Source: Tubulanus polymorphus (lineage: Eukaryota > Animalia > Nemertea). From it: DNA of 64,000 nucleotides. Positions 53,801-64,000 of the stretch are shown here, one piece after another. How positions within the stretch are numbered: position 1 is the stretch's first letter; every line of letters starts with the position of its first letter. The stretch lies in assembly GCF_964204645.1 (NCBI RefSeq), contig NC_134025.1, positions 13,454,001 to 13,518,000 of the forward strand, given 5' to 3'. Position numbers and translations under genes: made by a program. Below the pieces are notes generated by a model, which had not been told where the DNA came from, searched no databases, and saw only the letters and a program-made list of their open reading frames with translations.

Positions 53801-55984
53801 CATGAGGTGCGGGTCTGCACTGCCACAAGTTTTTCAGGCAAATTCAAAGAGATTATCGACTCTCAACACAGTTTAAATGGTGGAAAGAAATACAATTTTA
53901 TAAACGTTTCTGTGCTGCAGTACGGATTTGAGCTTTGCACATGCATAATTTTTCCAGGATTTGAACCTGCACGATGCTGTACCGGCGTTTTTGTTATTTC
54001 ATATCATTGGTGAAGGAATCTCTGCTAATTCAAGTAGTTTTGTCAAAGCTGTCCCATCTAAAACTATTTGACAAATTAATCTTTAACTGTGAAAACTATC
54101 TAATTGAAAAATTCTAAACTTCTAATGAGTATTGGTTAAATTTGTTTAGAGTTTCAAGGCTGCCAGATTTTAGTGTGACATAACCACCACTGATTTCCCT
54201 TAGAACTGAAAACTGGATGTCAAGGGTTGAATTTTTTCAACTATGTCAGCTTACAGAAATTAAGTCAAGACACTCTTCAATATCCACATATCCATACTTA
54301 TTAAAGGGGACGTCCGCCATCTAAAATCTGTTGGTGAGTGTCTTACTTTTTAAAAGTGTTGATTATTTTTCTCTAAAGCTGTGTTTATGTGCGCAGATGA
54401 CTGGCGCAGCGCATCTCCGTTACCGGAGACAAGCTACTTTGCGCAAAGCCATTAAACCAGGAAACCTGAATTAACTTCAGATAATTTGTAGCTTTCAACA
54501 ACTCGTGTAAATGCTTCCGAAACTAAAAGATATGGGGATCCCAGATCTTTTTGGTATTCTCACTCAATCAAAATTAATCCAATCGCGAAGCTCAAGGAGT
54601 AGCAGTTCTACTAGATCCACTGGGTACGTTATTGACTCTCAAAGGAGAAAAACAGGCTACGGAAATGCTCTAAGACTATCCCAAACCTAAACCTGTTCGT
54701 GAGATACATTTATTTGGGCGTCTTAAGCAACTCCTAAGGCCAACAGACACTGGCAAAAGTTGCTTATAGATTGGCTGCTGAAATTATGTACTGAATACTG
54801 AAAAAGATATAAAACTAAAGATCATCATTAAAGATATAAACATATCTTTAATGTTAAGCCTGCTTGTCTTTAAATGCCAACATTGGCATAAACACTTTCA
54901 GTATTTTCAGTTGAAATTGTTTTCAGTATTCAGCACATTCTGTGGAGTCGCAGCTGATCAAAATCGTGCTTAGATCAATAGTGACATAACTAGTGATGGT
55001 GTGCTACTAGTCTGTGTCAGATCCTGATATTCATGTCATGTAATCATTGGGAATGGTTCTGAGTACTAATTAAATGTAGGGAGAATGACACGTTTCTTAA
55101 AACATTTCAGATATTTTGAAAATTATTTGCTGGCAAAATGGAGGAGACTTCCTTGGGAAGTAGAGATTACAGATACATCTTTTCTAGCAATAATACAAAA
55201 CTTCAGCAAATTCCCATAACAATTCAGACTCATATGACTAAAATTGCCCCATGATTGTCTAAAAATTTCATTATCCATCATAGTTAGATAATGACACTAG
55301 ACTATATAAAATATTGGTCGCCTTCGCCAATCCAGATTCTACTAATAATTGCAGCCATTCATTTGCATCGACAAAACTGCAGTAATAATTCAGCGACGTC
55401 TGAAGTCTCTAGTATATCTATTATATTGAGCCAAATATCAACTGATTTAGATGGGAACCACCAACAGGGTGAAAAAATGATTTGATACTACCCAGTTAAA
55501 TCATAGCCTCTATAAGAAGTTTAAAAGTCCATGGTTTACTGTATCAAATATGATACTATTAAAAAACTTGACGTATCGGCCAAAATCTGGTCGCGCAACG
55601 GCACGGGACATATACAAAGCAAAAATGGCCACACTTCGTATTTTCACAATGTAGAGTATTTGAAATGAATTTCAATTATTTCAGGTGGTTTCCAGGCACA
55701 ATGTAACTATTTGGTGTGAAATGGCGAAGTTAATAAATGATATTGCCGCAGTGTTGCTAGTGAGGAACTGTCGCGATTGAGCATACAGCAGTCAAAACAT
55801 ATAAATTTGCATAGTTACATAATTACTACATAGCGATGCTGAGATTTTTCAAACATGAGAAATCAGGGATAGCGGGTATAACGCATAGCAGGGATAACGG
55901 GTTTCTACCTAACTGGTTCATATGTCGCACTGGCCAGCGTACTAAGATTTCATCGAAATCATTTGTTAAGAATGGGTTGTTAAG

Positions 55985-56311
55985 CATTTTCACCCATCCA
56001 GGGATTCGAACTCACTACACTAAAGCCGTTACCCGAACCCCTTGACCTCAAGAGTCATTGGAGTCATTACTAGCCGACCAGAATCAGGTTGTACAAATCA
56101 CAGCGCTTGTAACAAACAACATTAGGCTTCTGTTGGAATTCCCATTAAATGGACTTATCAGCGAACGTTTTACCGAACAAGTTAGTATTTCGCAAATCGA
56201 TGTATGACGTCATGTGCATAAGTGCCAGTAATGAAATCATGCGTTGTGAGGCCAGGGGGCAGGTGGAAGCGAGATCGGGGAGCGATACCGGGTCCCTGGC
56301 AATCAAGTATG
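55985..56311. mobile_element. TIR element, B-box family, copy of 24507-24799
   Basis: Collinear (AGGGATTCGAAC, GGAGTCATTACTAGCC, GATGTATGACGTCATG, GTGAGGCCAGGGGGC); ends degraded, no clear TSD. Confidence 0.8.
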
Positions 56312-56397
56312 GGGGTTGGATGAATAGAATGTTGTGACGATATCTACCATGTCGAGAATTACCCACTTACAATAGATCACCTGGCTGTAAGAAAATC

Positions 56398-56868
56398 CCT
56401 AGTAAGTGTGATCGTACGACCAACGCTATTGAAAACTATAAATAAAATCTCTATTAAGCCGATCAAACAGGAATACATACCGGTAAGAAAAAAGTATGCT
56501 TCGGTTTCAATCCATGCACATACTGTACGCCAGACCAGCGCATTACCCGCTGTCCTATCGGGTCTATTTGAACGGGTTTATTTAATTTCTATATGTACTT
56601 TTATCAATGGATGGCGATTCTTTGCAACATTCATGCCGCTGTTTAGACCCGGTAATTATGCGGGATTAATTCATAATAAATTACTATACACAAATTCGAA
56701 ACGGTCAGATGCTTAGTTATATATTTCTGTCAGAATTGAAAATCGTCAAATATCAGTCACGTGATAGTTTGGGCTACTTAAAACTTCCCCGAGGACGCCC
56801 AAACTATCACGTGACGGATAAATCGAACTCATTCGGGTGATCCCTGGGTATACCCCAGGCTTACTAGG
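56398..56868. mobile_element. Unclassified element with short inverted ends and a long internal hairpin
   Basis: CCTAGTAAG / CTTACTAGG ends; perfect 19-bp inverted repeat at 56756-56774 / 56797-56815. Confidence 0.45.
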
Positions 56869-56974
56869 AGAAGATAATCGAACGCCCTATGTGTCTGATG
56901 TACTGGGTACACTAGAATCGTAGAGCAACGTAGATCACTGTGGAGACGGCCACACTGCCAGGACTGGGTGAAAA

Positions 56975-57553
56975 ATAGCGCAGAGAGAGACTGGAGCTGG
57001 CAGAAACAAATACCTCAGATAAATCTTTTCCCTTGGTCTTATTGATTTGAATGTGGAATAGAATTTGCAGTTTGAGCACTAGCTAATTAGCATATCAAGG
57101 TCATGCATCCGATTTGAGAAAAAGTTATTTTCACCGGACTTTGCATAATTGTCATTGATATTTTCTGAAGTGCAAATCAAAATATTCCTCCCAAAAACCA
57201 AATCAACTAAAGAATCGATCTTGTTATACAATTTTAAATCTTAAGATAAAACCCAGAAGGAAAAACAGTAGACGATACCGCGGGTTCACGTGAACACCTG
57301 CTGATTTAGGCGGTTAAGCCAATCATAGAGGTCTTTTTGTGTTCAGATTTTCGCGAAAAAGCTCATATAAATTTTAACAGGACCTTTTTTTCAAAATTCA
57401 GCTTCGTAGGATTTGGAGATCGGATAATGCTTTAATGAATGATTTGTATGAATATATGATCAGTTGCACAGTCCAAAGGGCCTTAGCTCTGGAAACAATG
57501 TCATTCAAATTCACTCAATTTGTATAGTAATAGGCTTAGCCTACAGCTGGCCT
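56975..57553 (-). mobile_element. HINE element, truncated second copy of 46945-48171
   Basis: Collinear from ACTGGAGCTGGCAG to GCTGGCCT; lacks the 321-bp nested insert. Confidence 0.85.
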
Positions 57554-57820
57554 AAAAATGAGATAGAACCCTAGTTAAAATTCTGGCCACTTCTAAATCC
57601 TAAAGGCGCCCCATGTAACTAATTTGTAGTCAGTGTGGAAAGTTTGGTTTTGTACGAATAATGAGGAGTGGTAGGTTGTCATGATTTAAATGATATTCAA
57701 ACATTTTTGTTTAGCCTGATATTAAAGCAATGTTTACTTGGGGATCATTACTACTGATCTGTAGAACGTTATAAACATATGAATTTTGATATTACACAGT
57801 TTAATTTCGCGTATAAATAA

Positions 57821-58245
57821 GGGAGCATCTCAAAATTTTGATAGTTAGTAGACTTAGAATAACACGCGGAAGGGGGTGGGGTTAAGGCCTCCTGCGGATT
57901 CATCATGACTGCCGAAGTATCGATTTATTGTGGTGCAAGATAACATTGAATTGAATTACAGTTTCGAATATATTATACGCGGTTGATTTAACCGTCTCTC
58001 TTTTAGATGCTGTTGGTATTTTAGATATATTTGACTTTGTTTATAAAGTCTATTAGAGTTTAATAGGTTTTCCACCTGTAATTTTGCTATTTAATTTTTC
58101 AATTAAAAGTTGTGATCGAAATACACTCGTGAGATGTCTTATCTTCATCTGTGGTCTCTCATTAGAAAATCAATAGTGACAACTGTTAAAACCAAGTAGA
58201 CAGTTATTCTAATTGACGGAACTATGGAAATTTTGAGATGCTCCC
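57821..58245. mobile_element. PIF/Harbinger (Tourist-like) MITE
   Basis: Perfect 18-bp TIR GGGAGCATCTCAAAATTT / AAATTTTGAGATGCTCCC; flanks TAA / AAA. Confidence 0.8.
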
Positions 58246-59599
58246 AAAGAACCCAGTGTATCTCTAAACCTGCAGTTTAAGTTGGATGATTAAGGTCATC
58301 ACACTACGGGAACTGCAAGAACAGGGGAATAGCACGTATCAGAGGTTCACTACACTAAGGTTCAAACGAACTCCCATGATAATTCCTGGAAACCCTACAC
58401 CTGAGCCACCAGATCAACAGCAAATAACAGCCAGGGTATCCTCAGTAACTACTGGTGAACGTCCTTAACAAAATCTTAAAGGCTAATTTTCTCATCCAAG
58501 CAATTATACATGAAACACCTTGCTTATGACGCCAACAGTCATTAATTTGAACCAAATCAGTAATTGTGATAATCCATCATCGATGGCGGATGCTCGTTAT
58601 TTTCAAACTACATTCGTTGCTATGGTGGGTTGTCTTCATTTGTTCATATTTCCATTCCCTAATTTCTCATGTTATATTACCTCTCCCCCAATATCTAGTG
58701 TTCCTTAAATAATTGACGATTTCAAACTTGGTTGAATCATATATTCAAAAATCCACAATATTAGAATCTATTTCACTGTTTAATGAGATAAGATGAACTG
58801 GGACTGGCCTAATTGAATTTTCGTTGGATCATTTAAGTGAACATGAATCTTCAGCATCAGGACTCTGGACATACCAACCAAACTTAGCACCAATTGTGTT
58901 CGGTGGATGATTCCACTATTGCACACGGGGTTTAGTCAAAACTTTTTTTTTCAAAAATCTTCAAATTCAATTATGAAAAGCATATTGTTTCTGAGCAAAG
59001 TTTCGAATCTTTGCCAATCAAAGTTAAAAGTTCTAACAGTTGAAGTTGGTTGTGTATCGGTGTTGATGCCTGACTGAATTAAAAGCGTAACTACACCCGT
59101 CGTCATCGCTATCGCTATTTACTTAGAATGAGGCAAATTATCAGACAGCAAAGTCCATTATGAATTCTGTTTGTACAAGAGGTTTGTTTTCTACGCTATT
59201 TACCCGGAGCCTGCTAAGGAATTGATGATATCCAAAAAATCTGTTTGTAGTTGTTCCTTCCTGATTGCCAACAGCACAAGTTTTTGATTAGGTAATATTT
59301 CCCCTTGTCATCTATTAAGTGACATTGTTCTTCGAAAACTGTTGCATTCAAATTTGATATTGAAAAATTTGATTTCTAATATTCAAAACCCTGTTTGCTT
59401 TTGATAGTTTCTGTAAACAATACTTCAACATTCGCGCATTGTGTTAGGTTAATGGTCAATACCCAAAAGAATTCCATGTTGACCAAAATACAAATGAAAT
59501 AGGAATGACCTGTTAGGAGATGAAATGAAAGCAACTCCTCAAACACTGGGAAAACGTTAATAACATGAGTATATATCTTTTTTCTCTAATACCACAAAG

Positions 59600-59770
59600 T
59601 GAATATGAAATATTTATGTAACAATAAGAAATGACGGTGAAATTACATGGACTCACCGGGGATCAAACCTTGGTCTCATACATAGAAAGTAAGCATGCTA
59701 ACCAATAGACCAAAAGAACTAGTCAACTTGGCCAGTGGTTCGGCAGCTTGTAATATATGGTAACAACTAA
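59600..59770 (-). repeat. tRNA-derived (Glu/Gly-like) repeat or SINE-like unit
   Basis: Minus strand TGGTCTATTGG (A-box) ... GGTTTGATCCC (B-box), resembling tRNA-Glu TGGTCTAGTGGTTAG..GGTTCGATTCCCGGT; acceptor stem broken; second copy at 7880-7985. Confidence 0.7.
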
Positions 59771-60192
59771 TAGAATTACACATAAAAAATGAGTCATTAT
59801 TGATACAAAAATATCTTGGCATTCAAAACAAAGAATTTTCCGTTTAAGCGCCCCGCAAATATGGAATTCCGTTTTGGCGACCCAGCAAAACAACAAAATA
59901 TGTCTAATTTCCGCCAAGACAAAGAATTGTCCATTTTGGCACCCCACCAGAATGCACCAAAACTGAATAGAAAACTATTTCGGCGTGCCAAACGGGATTT
60001 TTTGCCCTTTAAGCTTGGTTATTTCCCAACGGGATAAACAGAAAATTCTTCATTTTGGTGCGCGAAAAGGGAGATCATTCCCACATTGATGATGTGATAT
60101 GGACAAGAAGAAATGAACAAATTATGAGAATAGTTCATTGAGCCAGAGGTAAATAATTTTAAGTTGAGGGGCATGGAAGTGAACATAAGGAC

Positions 60193-60288
60193 CCAGTCCC
60201 ACAGTTGTGAGTTAGGATTTGACTGGAGAGTTAACTCATTGAAAATATGCTAATTTTAACTCTAACACTCTCACAACTGTGGAACTGG
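60193..60288. mobile_element. About 96-bp palindromic mini-MITE
   Basis: CCAGTCCCACAGTTGTGAG / CTCACAACTGTGGAACTGG inverted ends plus inner AGAGTTAA / TTAACTCT. Confidence 0.6.
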
Positions 60289-60997
60289 ATCAAGATCAAG
60301 GAGTTCAATGACTTAATTTTTGACTATTTCTGCATTACAAATGTATATCATTGGCATTATAAGCTTCTGGTCATATTTGCTTTGACTATCAGTATTATCA
60401 ATTTTTCCTTTCTTCCACACCCACTTACGTATATGAAACGTTGAAATTATCAGAGATTAATTCTTCATCGTCATTTCGTCAATATACTATCTTGTATGCT
60501 ACACAAACGTTGCAGATCAATACGATTAAATGACAAAGACGTATTAGAAAATCTGACAATAATTTATTTTTACGCATTTATTCCTAAGTGAAACATTAAA
60601 CATATGGTGTTTTGATAAATCAATACCATTATCTTTGAAATAAATCCATACCGAATGAGTAGTGCCAGTAAACTACTAGTACTTTCTCCTGGTAGGTCAA
60701 CGTCCGAAAAATAATAATATGATTATTTCAACGTCTCAAAGTGATAGTAAGCATACAGCAAAATGTTGATGGAACAATTGGTTTTACAATAAATGTTAGC
60801 CCATTAATAGCAGAATTTGTATATCAAAATTAATGCCCACTTGGGAAATGGTCTGAAATGCTTGATATTATAACAATTGATATTACAACAATTTCAATAT
60901 TTGATAATTTTACAAAAGTTTTTCTCATTTCACACCTTGTATACTGAATGTTGTTATTGTGGTCGTTAGTTATCATTGAAGACTACAACTTTCGCTA

Positions 60998-61617
60998 AGG
61001 ACAACTTTCCGGTCTAAATTTGGTCCAAGCATTCACACCGGCAAAATATTGTTCCAAATTAGACCGGTCGAGTTTAGACCGGTCTAATTTGACACGATCT
61101 AAAAGCGCGAACCAGGTCCAGTCCAAATTTTGGACCGGTCTAAATGTATGTGTGTGGACAGAAACTGGTACCAGGTCCGGTCTAAATTGTAATTCTGAAT
61201 CTCTGCGGAAGATGTCACGACCTCTGCCGTAGAAGTGTGAGTCCCGTTTATTAAGTTTTAAATGCTTTTATTATCTTTTATGTAATTAATTAATTTTAAG
61301 TACTGTATGTTCCTCCTATACCACGGAAATGTATGGAGTAGTTTTAGCGTGATAGAATTGTCAAAAATATCAAAACCCGACAGAGGATCGAATTGGTCAA
61401 ATGAAGAATGTCTTGCTCTACTTGGAATCTGGAAGTAAGACTTCATCCAGGCCTAGTTAATCATCTAGCAGATGGCGACATGGTGACAAGCAATTTTATC
61501 AGCGCGTGTCAAAACGCCATGTGAACGCTCAATAAAATCTGGTCCGGTCTAAATTGGGACCGGACCAGGTACGGACCCATTTAGACCGGTCTAACTAGTT
61601 GTCGTGTAAATGCGGCT
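60998..61617 (+). mobile_element. Non-autonomous PIF/Harbinger (family A, copy 2; left TIR partly deleted)
   Basis: Collinear with 4188-4906; right end TTGTCGTGTAAATGCGGCT|TAA. Confidence 0.85.
61367..61453 (+). pseudogene. Decayed Myb/SANT ORF start in Harbinger family A copy 2
   Basis: ISKPDRGSNWSNEECLALLGIWK*DFIQA. Confidence 0.75.
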
Positions 61618-63589
61618 TAAGACATGAATGATGTAGTGACAGTGCAAGAGAATCTTAACCAATCGTTGCTATAAAATAGATGTCCATAGTTAAACATCAC
61701 AAAATAATTTCTTATGAATCACAAAACTGACATGACTGACACGACTGACATTTCTTTGTTTGATGCCATTCCGGGGAATCCACCGCTAGTTTCATGACGC
61801 TGTTGATAGATGATAGCACTTGATTTATATTGACAAATCTATTCAATAGGATTTATTGCTTCCATATAACAGATAGAAAAATCTACGCTGCGTTAAGGTG
61901 TATTCGAAGTTCTCCTTGAATTAAAACAATTTGAACTTTTAAAATCCATAGCTATAATCTCACTGTCGTTAGTATTTGGCGGTGTTGACATTAGTCTGCC
62001 ACTGCATGAATCAGCGACTGTGAATGAAAAGATGGCAGTACTGATTCTACAACAAAAGGATGGGGTTAAGGTCTATGATAAGGACAGCAGATTTTTGCTC
62101 CCAAGTAGCCGAATCATCAATGCACAAAACCCGTTGAGCAGCTATATTTGAATTTACTTTTCATTTCAATTGGGACTGATTTGTTGCTCCCAACTGTCAT
62201 ATGATAATTGTTTATAACACTTGTCATTGGCATTTAGTAAAACCTGTTGCCTGGTACCAGTCTCTTGGCCCATTATAGGTATTCTCGATCTATTAGTAGC
62301 TAAAAGATATTCATAGAAAGTGTTAAATGGCAAGTCGTTATTTGTTACTATACACATACTGATGATGTTTTACCACCACTTCTTCCAGTAGTGAAATAGG
62401 AAGTAGGAAAATATCAACTGATGAAGAATTCATTTGAAAACATTTTTGAGGAATGACTACGAACAAGAGGTGGGCACATTCATATAACAGTACGAAATGT
62501 TACAAGCTATTTTGCACTAAAGTATGTTACATATTGATTAATAGTTACTAAACCTTGATAGAGGTTTATTATGTAGTGATCAAATCTAAATTAAATTGGA
62601 AAGAGAAACTATTGGGGCTGATTCCACTGCTATATATATGATATGGAGTTACACTCCTGGAAGGAAAAGGAAGTCATCAGGCTTTGATGTTGTGGCTTAA
62701 AATACCATCACCACATGGGCCTGTGCCCTCAGTAAACTAGGTTACATTTAAATGAAAAGCTATAGAAAACTGTTTTTAATGAATGTAATGTTTGTAATGA
62801 AATGAAAATCCAAGAATAAGGAGGTTCGGCCCATGCACACTTGTTTCTGACCAAATAGGGTCAGTGATAGAGTTATGTCATCGTGGCAAAGAAGATATAT
62901 GTAAATTTTGGATATTTGCTATTTTCGCCATAAAAAGAGATTTCTTAGTGACACTGGAATTATTTTTCTTCCAATGAGCAATTGAGTAGCTGCGATGCTT
63001 ATATTTCATGGTCCAAACCAGTCAATATGTTTATTAGATTTTCAGATGTCGGTCAAACATTTCGCAGGTTTTTCCAATAAAGTATAGGAAAAGCTGCACA
63101 AATTTTCGAGAATTTTCTAAATCAAATCTGTGACCATTACTTCCCAAACCATTGAGTGACCACAATATCATGCAAACATGTATAGTCATTCCTTGAAAAT
63201 AGTCTATATCAAGCCAACTATAGGTCGACTGGTACACTACTACAGTCAACTTGATAAAAAGCTATTAAAGCCATCTTTGCACACCTTTTTCAAAGGTGCA
63301 AATAAACAGTTCTCCCAGAAACCAAATCAATTCAGTAAATGCTATTTCTACTTGGAAAAGAAGTAAAAGTACAGAGACTGCAGATTGACATGAACACCTG
63401 CTGATATCTGCTGCTAAATCAATGGTGTTTGAACATCAACAAAATTGACAAAGCTGTATTGAATTCAATTCAATGAAGAATTTACTGTATTGATCATTGA
63501 CCAAGTAATGATTGAGAATTATAGAATGTAGGTTAATATAACATTTATATTTGGATTGTAACACTTACTTTCTCGTAGTGAAGAAATGT

Positions 63590-63925
63590 GTTTAAATAGG
63601 CCTACTGTTGAAAAGTCATCTTTATAATCACAACTTTCAAAATATTATTTCACCAAATTGTAACTACTGTAACATTAGATTAAATACCCTACAATTCCTG
63701 TTAAGATGCAGGCACCCAGTCCTTCATCAAAATATCATTGATCTCACTACCAACCTAGATAATATTCAGAATGGATTATTAATTACTTTCCAAAGACTAA
63801 ATTCATTAGAAAAGTGCAAATTTTTACTTTTTGGAAGTACTCACTTAACTTGCAATACAAATATTCGAATAAAATACAACACTTCAAAATTCATAGCAAA
63901 AAATCTAATATCCATTCATCCTTAG
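63590..63925 (+). mobile_element. CR1-like LINE ORF2 3' fragment
   Basis: LKSHLYNHN..SPNCNYC..FLLRC..LLFGSTHL..N..I..SKFI matches the C-terminal zinc-knuckle / LLxG pattern of invertebrate CR1 elements. Confidence 0.7.
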
Positions 63926-64000
63926 TTTAGTCGCTTTGTTATCTTTTTTTCCAATACTTATTTCCTTATTATCTATAATTCATTATTAACGCAAATTTTC

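Noticed and set aside
54301-54700. Kolobok-like element starting TTAA|AGGGGAC
   Set aside because: No matching right end found
59640-59722. Functional tRNA gene
   Set aside because: Acceptor and T stems do not pair, the B-box is mutated, and a diverged second copy exists

Overview
AT-rich (roughly two-thirds A+T by eye) eukaryotic DNA, most consistent with a large intron or intergenic tract of a marine invertebrate (lophotrochozoan-like repeat content; inference). I found no intact protein-coding gene, functional RNA gene or CRISPR array, and almost all ORFs in the track look spurious. The window is a mosaic of non-autonomous transposons. These include PIF/Harbinger elements (several retaining the decayed start of their Myb/SANT or MADF gene), Mutator-like elements with 9-bp TSDs, piggyBac-like, IS3EU-like and CAG..CTG elements with 6-bp TSDs, and Helentron-associated (HINE/DINE-1-like) elements. 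There are also RTE-X and CR1 LINE remnants, a tRNA-derived repeat and microsatellites. The most interesting signals are a nested composite element at 46552-49440 whose empty sites all exist in the window, a 9-bp-TSD TIR family carrying a perfect Pol III B-box, direct evidence for how TAGGCCTA motifs arise, and a candidate short first coding exon at 50766-50810 (-). I could not support a complete novel multi-gene system. Family assignments come from terminal structure read by eye, not from database searches.
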